Below are positions 54,063 through 64,000 of a stretch of 64,000 bases of DNA, in pieces (the first letter of the stretch is position 1; each line of letters opens with the position of its first letter). Origin of the DNA: Histomonas meleagridis 2922-C6/04-290x (lineage: Eukaryota > Protista > Parabasalia). Both the position numbers and the translations under genes were made by a program. The notes under the pieces are model-generated. The model searched no databases and was not told where the DNA came from. It was given only the letters and a program-made list of their open reading frames with translations. The stretch spans positions 6,504 through 70,503 of the forward strand of contig JAANOX010000212.1 in assembly GCA_020184695.1 (NCBI GenBank), read 5' to 3'.

Positions 54063-54524
54063 ATTTTGAAATTTACATAAATTTTAATGATATTTTAAAA
54101 TGAAAAATTATATTCAATAATTTCATAAAATTGTGTAATTTCGTAAAACTATTCTCCCATAAAATGATTTTATGATCCTCAAGAGGAATTAATACTTATT
54201 GGGATTGACATGAATTGTTTAATACATCTTGAAGAAGTTCCATAAAATTATCCCGTAAATTGTAATATAAAAGATGAACACGTTTATAAAATTTTTATCA
54301 TCCTTGAGATATAAAAAAAACAATAAATATCTGTGAAGGCATCGTCTCCATCCTTATAACGCATTTTTTAAAAAAATCATTCTTTATTAATTTTATAATA
54401 AAATTAATTGTCTATTCTTATATGTAATCACAATTCAAATTTAAACTTTATAACGCACAATTTAAACAGATTATTTCACACTAAAAATTTTTTTTTTAAC
54501 TCTGCTTTACTATTTTCGTTCCGA

Positions 54525-57512
54525 TTAAATCCATTGATCATCTTCAGCATTTAAAAATTGGCTTACATCTTCGTTTATTACCTCCGTTTTACTTTCCACG
54601 TTTGAAGATGTTATTTTACCATTTTCACTTGTTTCTTTTATTGGCTTATTATGCTTGCTGAGTTTAATAACAAAAATAGTAAGGCCAATGATAAGTGATA
54701 TACCAAAAATTGAACCACAAACAATTGCAATGATAGCTCCAATCGATAACCCGTTGTCAGTATGTAAAGTTGTGGTAATTAATGTATAGAAACTATTGGA
54801 AAAGCTGATATAATATGTATATATTATCAATGTGTATTCATAAAAGACAAAATTCGTTGTTATGTAAGTACGATCAGTAGTAAACATGGTCAATGTGAAA
54901 GAGTTTGAGAGAAAAGTTATGCATGATAAGGTATGAGTTAGCGTAAGTGAATAAGTGACATTGGTATCAGACAACGCGAATGTTGTTGATTTGATAAATG
55001 TATTAGAACTTGTAAAAGTCAGTGATTCGGTAAATGTTGAACTTGCGAATGTATTTGATTCGGTAAATGTATTAGAGAATGAATTTGATGATGTAAATGG
55101 ATTCGTCGGCCATGGAAGACATCCTTGAATAGTTGTGCCTTTTAAAACAGTTAATGTGCCAAATGAATTATTTTTATATTCATTTTGTACCATTACAATG
55201 ATATTGGTTGAATTAAATGAATCATGATGAATATTAGGTTCTGTTTCACCATAAAAATAAATACATTTGAGATTCGTGCATTCTAAAAATGCCAATTCTT
55301 CGATTTCTTGCAAATGTTCTTGAATTAATAATGATGTTAAATTACATTTACAGAATGAATATGAACAAATTTTATTTATAGTGTAAGGAATTTCAAATAT
55401 ATTATTTCTACTTCCACTTGGAAATGTAATAATTTCTGTAATGTTTTTGTTATATAGAATTCCATCATTTTCATAATTTGAATAATTTGTGTTATTTTTT
55501 GATACTTTTATAAATTGAAGATTTTTGCATAAAACAAATACATTTGATTCAATACTTTTAATTGATTTTGGAATTGTAATGTTTCTTAATGAAGAACATT
55601 CCTGAAATGCTGATTCTCCAATTTCTTCAACTCCTTCTTCAATAATAACTGTAGTCAAATTTGAACATGAAGAAAATGCAAATGATCCAATTATTCTAAT
55701 TGATTTTGGAATTGTAATATTTTTCAATGAAGAACATGTTCGAAATGCTGATTCTCCAATTTTTTCAACTCCTTCTTCAATAATAACTGAAATCAAATTA
55801 ATACATTCTCTAAAAGTGGATGATTTAATTGCTTTAACAGTCCCAGGAATTGTAATATATGATAATAAATTACATTGGCCAAATGCTGAATCTCCAATTT
55901 CTTCAGTTCCGTTTTCAATAATAACTGTAATTAATTTAGAACATATATAAAATGCCATGGATCCAATTGTTTTAACTGTGCTTGGAATTGTAATATTTTT
56001 TAATGAAGAACATTGTTCAAATGCTGAATCTCCAATTGTTTCAACTCCTTCTTCAATAATAACTGCAATTAAACCAGAACATGAATTAAATGCTGATGCT
56101 CCAATTGTTTTAATTGTACTTGGAATTGTAATATTTCGTAATGAAACACATGATGCAAATACTGATTCTTCAATTGTTTCAACTCCTTCTTCAATAATAA
56201 TTGCAACCAAATCATGACATGAATAAAATGCCAAAGATCCAATTCTTCGAATTGAACTTGGAATTGTAATATTTCGTAATGAAATACATGATGCAAATGC
56301 TGATTCTTCAATTGTTTCAACTCCTTCTTCAATAATAATTGCAACCAAATCATGACATGAATAAAATGCTGATGCTCCAATTGTTTTAATTGTCCTTGGA
56401 ATTGTAATATTTTGCAATAAAGATCCCTGAAATGCTGACGATTGAATGGATGTTACATTGCTTGGAAATGATATCATCTCTTTTCCATTTGGAAAAATAA
56501 AGATTTCGGTTATATCTTTATTATAAAGAATTCCATCATTTTCATAATTTGCATAATTTGAATTATTCGATGAAACTATAATAGATTGAAGTTTTTTACA
56601 TTCAGAAAATGCAGTGCTAAAAATTGTAGTAATTGAATTTGGAATTGAAATATTTGGTAATGAAATACATTGTTGAAATGCATTATCACCAATTTCTTCA
56701 ACTCCTTCTTCAAGAGTAATTGATGTTAAATTATAACATTCTCTAAATGAATATTTGCAAATTGTTTTAATAGTACCCGGAATTAGAATATTTTGCAACG
56801 AAATGCATGATTGAAATGCTCTTTCACCAAGTGATTCAACTGAATTAGGAATTATGATATTTTGCAACGAAATGCATGATTGAAATGCTAATTCACCAAT
56901 TGATTCAACTGAATTTGGAATTGTAATATTTTGTAATAAAGAATATGATAGAAATGCTTCATTTGGAATAGTTAGAATTCCGCTTTGTATTATAACAGTA
57001 ACAGCTCTTTCTCTGTAATTTTTGTTATTAAAATCAAGATTGTTGTATATCATTAATGTATTTGTTGTTTCATCAAAAGAAATTTGAAATGTTTGAATAA
57101 AAAATATTAAAAACAAGAAAGAAATCAATTTATCTTTGTTCTTATTTTTCAAATAATAAAATTTTATATTATTAATAAATAAGGAATGTTTAAAAACATA
57201 TAGAATAGCAATCAAAGATAATAGAATACCAAAATGTCTATTTAAAATTGAAATGAATTGGTAAAAATATTTGATATAATGAAAAAATGTGAAAAATAAT
57301 CTAACAAAATCAGTAAAAATTTGGTTTATATGATATAAATATGTTATGTTATTGAACAAATTAGTTTTATCATTATAAAGCTGATAAATTTTTGCATTGA
57401 ATTTATCCCATATGTAAAAAGAATCCTCATAATTATTATTTGGCATAATTACATTTTGGTATGTGTTAATTGCTCTCTTTGAATATAACAAAACAATTAG
57501 AGATAGTGACAT
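54525..57512 (-). CDS. BspA-like LRR surface protein with a Thr/Ser stalk, TM helix and acidic tail
   Basis: IGxxAFxxCxxLxxIxIP repeats, two NYxNYENDGILYNKxITEI inserts, an FTESNTF stalk, TM segment AIIAIVCGSIFGISLIIGLTIFVI and tail NAEDDQWI. The first ATG is at 57512; the track start is a TTG. Confidence 0.88.
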   Translation of the reverse strand: MSLSLIVLLYSKRAINTYQNVIMPNNNYEDSFYIWDKFNAKIYQLYNDKTNLFNNITYLYHINQIFTDFVRLFFTFFHYIKYFYQFISILNRHFGILLSLIAILYVFKHSLFINNIKFYYLKNKNKDKLISFLFLIFFIQTFQISFDETTNTLMIYNNLDFNNKNYRERAVTVIIQSGILTIPNEAFLSYSLLQNITIPNSVESIGELAFQSCISLQNIIIPNSVESLGERAFQSCISLQNILIPGTIKTICKYSFRECYNLTSITLEEGVEEIGDNAFQQCISLPNISIPNSITTIFSTAFSECKKLQSIIVSSNNSNYANYENDGILYNKDITEIFIFPNGKEMISFPSNVTSIQSSAFQGSLLQNITIPRTIKTIGASAFYSCHDLVAIIIEEGVETIEESAFASCISLRNITIPSSIRRIGSLAFYSCHDLVAIIIEEGVETIEESVFASCVSLRNITIPSTIKTIGASAFNSCSGLIAVIIEEGVETIGDSAFEQCSSLKNITIPSTVKTIGSMAFYICSKLITVIIENGTEEIGDSAFGQCNLLSYITIPGTVKAIKSSTFRECINLISVIIEEGVEKIGESAFRTCSSLKNITIPKSIRIIGSFAFSSCSNLTTVIIEEGVEEIGESAFQECSSLRNITIPKSIKSIESNVFVLCKNLQFIKVSKNNTNYSNYENDGILYNKNITEIITFPSGSRNNIFEIPYTINKICSYSFCKCNLTSLLIQEHLQEIEELAFLECTNLKCIYFYGETEPNIHHDSFNSTNIIVMVQNEYKNNSFGTLTVLKGTTIQGCLPWPTNPFTSSNSFSNTFTESNTFASSTFTESLTFTSSNTFIKSTTFALSDTNVTYSLTLTHTLSCITFLSNSFTLTMFTTDRTYITTNFVFYEYTLIIYTYYISFSNSFYTLITTTLHTDNGLSIGAIIAIVCGSIFGISLIIGLTIFVIKLSKHNKPIKETSENGKITSSNVESKTEVINEDVSQFLNAEDDQWI
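56113..56400 (-). repeat. 138-bp (46-aa, two-LRR) near-exact tandem duplication in BspA
   Basis: tgattcttcaattgtttcaactccttcttcaataataattgcaaccaaatcatgacatgaataaaatgc occurs at 56163 and 56301. Confidence 0.88.
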
Positions 57513-58214
57513 AAGAAAGATTTTTAGAGTTTTGATCCACCTAGGAAAAAAAGGCAACCGAACAGAAAACGTACTCTAAAGCATTCAAAAATTCACTATA
57601 ACCGCTCAGAGAAGTTCCTGTTCATATTTTCAACGATCAGATTCCACTTTTTGAATCAAGACGAAAAAATAAAAAAAAATATTTTATTCATGTTATATCT
57701 TTTTCACATTTTATGCATTGCATTATTCTGAATCACTATTAAATTTTAAAGCAACTATCTTAGAGCTTTGATTTAACGGTTTCCTTTCTTCCTTTTCTTG
57801 TTTTATAGTAGAAAAATTTCTCAAACACTTCAGTTTTTGAATATAAATTCGATGATTTTTCATTCATTCGATTCTATCGTTTGGAATCCTAACTAAGTTG
57901 CAACTTTAACTCAAAATTTAACCATGCACTGACTTGACATATATCTCTACCAATAAGAATTGATGATAAGCTTTAAGATACAATAAAATCAGCAAAATTA
58001 ATAGTGAAAAAAAGATTTTCAAATATTTGCATTTTTAAATTGTGAAAAATATGAAAATTTTGTATGTGGATTTAATGATTGTGTTAATTTATATTGATTA
58101 AATTTAAAATATTTTTCTACAAGCTATTACAACTTTATTTTAATTCTTCATTTATATGAATTTTAATTGTTTCGAACAAAGTCTCTCAAATTGATAGCTT
58201 TTGATCAAAGTTAG

Positions 58215-61200
58215 ATGATAACAAGATCTAAAGCTGCCCAAAAGGAAGGAAGTTCACATCCTAGAAAAAAAGTCAGAAAGACGTATGAAGAAGGTTCTCC
58301 AATAAGTAAAAGTGAAACAAACAAAAAATCAAATTCTCATTCACCAAGAATGAAAACACGAAAATCACAAGAAAGCGAACCAAATGAAACAAAACTTGAA
58401 TTTGAATTTGATTTTGATTATCCATTAAAAGTAAATTTAGATGATTCATTTCAACCTTCAAAAACAGGTTTAATTTTATCAAATTATCAGATTTCTATTA
58501 TAAATGAAATAATAAATAAATGGTCCAATGGTATTAACACAGTATTAATTGATGAAACTAATTTTTCAAAACTTTCCATAATTTCAAATACCATAAACGC
58601 AATAAAATCAAAAGTAAACTCAAATCCTCCATTTTTAATTATCACGTCCATTCATCAATTAAGTAAATGGTTATATGATCTTGGTGATTGGTGTGATTCT
58701 ATAAATTATTATGTTTTTGGCAATGGCAAATCAGAAAGGAAAGTCATTGGAAACAGATCTTTATTTTATTCAAGTACAAATACAGATTCATTTGATGTCA
58801 TGTTAATTACTCGAGATCAATTTCTTCGTAATTGTTCATCTCTCCCCAAACTTAAATGGTCCTCGGTAATTATTGATGATTTTACCTCCTTTACGATCCC
58901 AATTTCATCTACTCTTCAAGCCATTACCAAAATCCAATCGTATCACACATTGATCATCCTCAAAAGTGTCGACGGTTTAGAATCGAACGAACTTCTGTCA
59001 ATTCATCATTCAATTGATTCCTCGAACGATGACATTCAAAACATTACACAAGAAGAATTTTTCGACTCATTACAACCCAATATTATACATGTTAGTATTG
59101 ACGAGTGTGCCGAATCCAATATATTTAATGAAGTTTTACTTTTATGTCCTATGACTAATAAACAACAAAAGAATTATCAGCAATTACTAAATGAAATTCA
59201 TCGTCAATTATCAATAATTGATGATAATTCCATTGTTAATTATTCCGAACAATTACTAAATGCATCTACAGACATAATATTAAACAATGAAAATGACGAC
59301 GTTATTAATTCGACAAATTCGGGTAAATTAATTGTATTACAAAAACTTTTAGATCAACAACGATATCAAAATCGGAACATTATTATCATATGTGCCAACA
59401 ATAAAACTTCAGAACTTATTCATATATATTTACAAGAGCATCAAATAACACATATTAAAATCGATGATACAATTCGACAACAACAACGAAAACGAATTTT
59501 GACGCAATTTAATGTATCGAATGAATCGACTTTACTTATATTAACAGCCGAATATTTTGTTAAAGCGTTTAATTCGATTGATCCCGACACATTAGTTTTA
59601 TTTGATATTAAATGGACGCCATTAATGAATCCGAATGAAGTTGTTAAATGGTTAAATCGATCATCGATATATCCACCGCAGATTATACATTTGATGACAA
59701 AGTATTCATTTGAACATGTTTTATATAATTATTATTGGCATCATCGCGATGAACAATATTTGAATTTTAATGATATAAATTTGTTATTAAAATCAATTAA
59801 AATTAATATAAGTTTAATAAAAGAATTCGAATCTGTACGCGGTACGAATTGGGCAACGCAAATATTAAATGAAGCGCCATTAATTAATTTTTGTGATGAA
59901 AATTTATTTCCCGAATTTCCAGAAGAAGATATTGAAATTCCAATTATAATTCATGAAGAAGAAGAACAAATACCAAATAATAATAATAAGAGTAAAACAA
60001 AATCAAATAAAACAATAATTCCAATAAATATGTTTTGGACTAAAGCAAAAATATTGGAATTTATTGATTTGTTACGAAATTTTGGATATGGAAGATGGAA
60101 AATGTTTAATATGAATCGAAATCAAAACGAATATATTAAATTAAGTTCATGTATCTTTAAATTAACAGTAAATGAACCAGAGAAATATGAAATCATTAAT
60201 AATATAATTCATCAAATTTCATTAAAAGAATTTAAACGATTTTCATCATCATTAAAAAGTATAAATTCAATTATAACGGAAGTTAATATTAATGAATTAA
60301 TCGAAGATATAAATATATTATCAACATTAAAAACAATATATGATGAAGAAAATGATTATATAACATTAGAAGGTTATCACTTCCAAAAGTTGACTGACGA
60401 ATGGACAGAAGAAAATGATATAATACTACTTAAGAAAGTATATAATGAAGGATTATATCATTTAGATAATGAAATATATGAACAACATGTCCGAAATATA
60501 TTGAATACTATTACGAATTATAAAAAGGAAATAATGAAATTACCAACAATTATATCATTGCCAATACCGAAACGATTTAATTTAACAAATCATAATAAAA
60601 TTATTTATGGATTAATGTCATATGGGTTACCAAACATTAATGACTTTTATTCGATAGTTGACATCACTAATTATTCACCGGAAGATATATATAAATATGC
60701 AAATCATATAATAAAATATTGTTCTTCAACACCAGAAGAACGAAAGCCTATTTTGTCTTTACTGACTGAGAAAATCCCGAAATATACCGTATCGAAAATT
60801 AATCAACGAATTAAATTATTCGAACAAATTCGTCAATCAAAGAATTTATACTTCGATTATCCTGCAGAAGATTTGGAATATTTGGATGCAATATCATTCC
60901 ATGGGTTTAATAAGAATTCCATTTCGCCAATATTAATTGTTTCTTGTTATGGAAGTTGTTCCGAAATAAAACTTCACACAAGAGTAAAAACAATATTCTC
61001 AACTCATCATAAATCAAGAATCACTCAAAGGATACCAAACGATGTATATAATATGTCGCCATTAAAAGTGAACGACATGATGGTGATCTTAAAATTGGGT
61101 GTAATCGATGGGAGAAAAGAATTCTCGAATAAGGATTTCATATATCCAATCGGCTATGAAGCGTGTTGCGTTTGTATGTCGCCTTTAAACGTAGACGCAC

Positions 61201-61760
61201 AAATTTGGATAAAATGCGCAATAAACGAGAAAGATAATGCGCCATTCTTCGAAATTATCCCATATAACGAAAACGAAAATGAAAGTGATGTCGAGTTTCG
61301 TTTCGTCGGATTGACACCTGAAGAGCCTTTCGAGCAGTTAAGGAAAGTCCTGATGAAAAAAAGTCGGAAATTCATTCCGCCAATTTATGGACACGAAATG
61401 TTCGGTTTGACTTCAGCGGTGTTCCATCGATTGGTGATAAACATGCCCGGAATTGAGAAATGCACTGAATATATAAGGAGGTTCTTTTGCACAAACTTCC
61501 AACCTGTTTCGAAATGGCCAGTTATAGGACAATTCGAAAAAGAATCAGAAAAACAACAAAATTTGAAAAGTGGAAATAACAACGCAAAATTCAAATTTAA
61601 GAAAAAGTTGTTCGGTGATATGTTGCCGCCGTTAGTAATCGATTTGAACCCGTTGTATAATAACGATAGGGGAAGTGTTGTGCTGGGATTTCATTCAAAT
61701 TCATTGAATTTAAAGGATCTGGTCAATAACTACAAAAGTTGGGACAAAGAGCCAACTTGA
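58215..61760 (+). CDS. Degenerate SNF2/CHD-like protein with C-terminal FYRN/FYRC domains; ATPase motifs lost
   Basis: Walker A region INTVLIDETNFSKLS; Walker B IIDDFT; NSGKLIVLQKLL; FDIKWTP; FGYGRW. FYRN: LKLGVID..DFIYPIGY. FYRC: YGHEMFGLT..LVINMPGIEKC. Confidence 0.75.
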   Translation: MITRSKAAQKEGSSHPRKKVRKTYEEGSPISKSETNKKSNSHSPRMKTRKSQESEPNETKLEFEFDFDYPLKVNLDDSFQPSKTGLILSNYQISIINEIINKWSNGINTVLIDETNFSKLSIISNTINAIKSKVNSNPPFLIITSIHQLSKWLYDLGDWCDSINYYVFGNGKSERKVIGNRSLFYSSTNTDSFDVMLITRDQFLRNCSSLPKLKWSSVIIDDFTSFTIPISSTLQAITKIQSYHTLIILKSVDGLESNELLSIHHSIDSSNDDIQNITQEEFFDSLQPNIIHVSIDECAESNIFNEVLLLCPMTNKQQKNYQQLLNEIHRQLSIIDDNSIVNYSEQLLNASTDIILNNENDDVINSTNSGKLIVLQKLLDQQRYQNRNIIIICANNKTSELIHIYLQEHQITHIKIDDTIRQQQRKRILTQFNVSNESTLLILTAEYFVKAFNSIDPDTLVLFDIKWTPLMNPNEVVKWLNRSSIYPPQIIHLMTKYSFEHVLYNYYWHHRDEQYLNFNDINLLLKSIKINISLIKEFESVRGTNWATQILNEAPLINFCDENLFPEFPEEDIEIPIIIHEEEEQIPNNNNKSKTKSNKTIIPINMFWTKAKILEFIDLLRNFGYGRWKMFNMNRNQNEYIKLSSCIFKLTVNEPEKYEIINNIIHQISLKEFKRFSSSLKSINSIITEVNINELIEDINILSTLKTIYDEENDYITLEGYHFQKLTDEWTEENDIILLKKVYNEGLYHLDNEIYEQHVRNILNTITNYKKEIMKLPTIISLPIPKRFNLTNHNKIIYGLMSYGLPNINDFYSIVDITNYSPEDIYKYANHIIKYCSSTPEERKPILSLLTEKIPKYTVSKINQRIKLFEQIRQSKNLYFDYPAEDLEYLDAISFHGFNKNSISPILIVSCYGSCSEIKLHTRVKTIFSTHHKSRITQRIPNDVYNMSPLKVNDMMVILKLGVIDGRKEFSNKDFIYPIGYEACCVCMSPLNVDAQIWIKCAINEKDNAPFFEIIPYNENENESDVEFRFVGLTPEEPFEQLRKVLMKKSRKFIPPIYGHEMFGLTSAVFHRLVINMPGIEKCTEYIRRFFCTNFQPVSKWPVIGQFEKESEKQQNLKSGNNNAKFKFKKKLFGDMLPPLVIDLNPLYNNDRGSVVLGFHSNSLNLKDLVNNYKSWDKEPT

Positions 61761-62088
61761 CGAATTTTTGTTTTTACAGAAAAAAATTTATTTTTTAAAT
61801 AAAAAATTTTTGTCTTTTAGAAAATTTGTTTTGTTTCTAAGCAAAATTGTTTAAAAAGATCTTACCGGATGGAAGGCAAATTCCTTAAGGAAATAATTGT
61901 AAATTAATATTTTTGTAATTGTTTGTACGTAAGGTTGACAGTCAAAAAACATGAAAAAATGAAGCATGAGTAAATATATAATTATAGAAACAAATCTCTA
62001 TCCCTATCTTTAATATTAATATGTTTTAATACAATATTTACTCATTTTGATAATATATTTAAATAAAACTCAAAAATAGAAAAGCAAA

Positions 62089-62161
62089 GGGACTCTAGCT
62101 CACCTGGGAGAGCACACGACTGAAGATCGTGAGGTACGTGGTTCGAGTCCGCGGAGTCCCA
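62089..62161 (+). tRNA. tRNA-Phe (GAA)
   Basis: Cloverleaf: acceptor GGGACTC/GAGTCCC, D arm GCTC/GAGC, anticodon stem CACGA/TCGTG with loop CTGAAGA, T arm CGTGG-TTCGAGT-CCGCG, discriminator A; no intron. Confidence 0.96.
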
Positions 62162-62170
62162 TTTTTTTTT
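62162..62170 (+). terminator. RNA polymerase III oligo-T terminator of the tRNA
   Basis: T9 run immediately after the discriminator base. Confidence 0.85.
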
Positions 62171-62289
62171 ACATGTAAAAACATTTTTATCTCACCCTGA
62201 AATGTCTCGATGCAAAACAAATAAAAATAAAAATCTAGTAACATTAAAGTCCATTGAACAAATTAATACTGAAATAATCGAGGAAAATA

Positions 62290-62545
62290 TCATTCATACA
62301 TATAGCTACTGAATGGGTTACATTTCGTAAAAGACATAATCTTAATGAATTTGAAACATCACTTATAATAGCTGTTCGAACAGCTAAATATAACATGTAT
62401 AGTTAAATTACTTCTTGGACATGAAAATATTAATGTTAATGTTAGAGATTTTTTTTGTTCAATTTATACCTTTTTAAAAAATTTGGTATTTTAATATAAT
62501 ATTGGAAATTATTTAATAATATTTAACATTGTACCATTGTTGCAA
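62290..62545 (+). pseudogene. Ankyrin-repeat gene remnant carrying a 20-nt-periodic insert
   Basis: Fragments FIHIATE, ETSLIIAVR and IVKLLLGHENINVNVRD in shifting frames, then about 80 nt with 20-nt periodicity, then IVPL. Confidence 0.55.
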
Positions 62546-63029
62546 AACCTGAAACAAAAAAACGTCGGCTTGTTTTTTAACTGCCATTATGGCGGTAAAT
62601 GCCGATCGTTTTTATGTGTCATAACCGGAAACGGAAATGAACAAACCGATAACAAAAGGGTAATATTACCATATAACCTCCACGATACAATAGAAGTTCG
62701 ACCAAATTCAAATATCCTACTATCAATCGAAAAGAATATCAAAAACAATCATTTTTACAAATATATGTAATGCATCACATAATGTCGAATAAAAATATCA
62801 AAAACAATAATTCAAATATCATGAAATTGCAATTCGTCAAATTTCAAAAATTTTCATTTTTTTATCCATATTTTATAATTGATAACTATACACCATTTAA
62901 TGAATTTTCATTAAATATTTTTGAAAAATAAAAAAATATATATCTCAAAATTCATGTTTTAATTTTTTCTAACCGTAAAAGTGCTCTGCTTGAGTAATGA
63001 GTGTGGAGTCATGTAAATTTTGCAAGCAA

Positions 63030-64000
63030 ATGTTTGTTGTGTGTTTTTTGTTATGTAAATTATCTAGAGAAATTAAACTCGAAGCAAATGTAAATTTAAC
63101 ACTAGGGAACGGAAAAGGAGGTGTACATCTTCGATGGGGTAACAATTCAAAACCCGACCACATATTTTATAGGATATTTCAAAAGGCTTCTGAAAATGAT
63201 GAATGGCAAACTGTAGGAGCCCACAAAAAAGACACGCTTATTAATGTTTTAAACATTTATCCAACAAACAGTACAAAAGGTCAAATAAGAACGACTGCAA
63301 AAAGTTTCCCCACTTATAATGTTACAATGAGTTTTGCAACTGATCCAAATGGACAAGAATATATATATCCTAAATCTGCCTCACTAAAATCATGGATGGA
63401 AGGAGGTACTGTTGATGGGATTAATTACTCACCAATAGGTATTGATATCAATACGAATCAGCAATTAATGAACATAACACTTAAATCAATCGACGAATTT
63501 GAAGTTACAATTAGAGAGAATCCATCATGGATCTATCAGTTTGATGTTATTGTCCATGGTTTTTGGGATGCCAATGCTAACTTTTCTTTATCAACAAACA
63601 GTTCAATACCACAATAAAAGATTATAGTAGTCGAGGTTATGGTTTCATTGCAGGTCAGGATATTTTATGTCTTGCGTTTGTTAAAGATAAAATTGAACCC
63701 ACTCGTTTAATAGCAATAAAGGAGATCTGTTTATGATTAAGTACAACCAATTGATGATGGCACTACCATTTATTCAACAAGTATATCAATACAAAGAGCA
63801 ACATCCTTAAAGGCTATCCATGGGACATTGATGCGAAATAAATACTACATATGATATATATAATACACACACAACAAGTAATGCAGCGATTGGAGATGTT
63901 TGGTTTTCATTAGGTAATACTGGAGTACAATTAGATGGAGAACTTAAACATAATTTTTATCTTACAACATATAACAATACTGCTATGATACAACTAGGTC
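63030..64000 (+). pseudogene. Multiply frameshifted gene for a secreted, bacterial-like protein; runs off the window end
   Basis: Signal-like MFVVCFLLC; INVLNIYP; SASLKSWMEGG; YQFDVIVHGFWDAN. After an apparent 1-nt deletion at about 63614 it continues with SRGYGFIAGQD, KGYPWDI, THTTSNAAIGDVWF and NFYLTTYNNTAMIQLG, across further stops and shifts. Confidence 0.7.

Noticed and set aside
1314-62770. The many 60-160-aa ORFs overlapping or antisense to long genes (e.g. 1314-1601, 2363-2845, 11600-11929, 50960-51364, 52795-53130, 55957-56217, 62537-62770)
   Set aside because: They are shadow frames of real CDSs or repeats and have no independent protein signatures. The exception is 53853-54062, which carries the true NuoF C-terminus.

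Overview
AT-rich, gene-dense, almost intron-less eukaryotic DNA, most likely from a parabasalid (Tritrichomonas/Trichomonas-like protist). This assignment is inferred from a hydrogenosomal-type NuoF with a short ML..R presequence, BspA LRR surface proteins, a DUF3447-type ankyrin gene and Inr/M3-like promoters. The window holds about 27 protein genes: CSB/Rad26, an Ada1-like protein, a USP7-like protein, two TBC proteins, two BspA proteins, a SANT protein, kinases, an AZUL-HECT E3, TRAPPC5, Raptor, IFT88, a CHD remodeler, NMNAT, an LRR/coiled-coil protein, NuoF and an SNF2-FYR protein. It also holds one tRNA-Phe(GAA), a decayed pogo-type DD35D transposon with TIRs and several pseudogenes. The standout feature is the ankyrin gene at 6281-8896. 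Its repeats are interrupted at the same position by six non-GT-AG inserts of exactly 100, 140, 140, 160, 160 and 80 nt, each built from 20-nt units, and removing them in register restores one continuous ankyrin frame. A degraded second instance lies at about 62448-62527. Several enzyme-family genes have lost catalytic residues (USP, TBC, two kinases, SNF2). All family assignments come from motif recognition by eye; no database searches were run.
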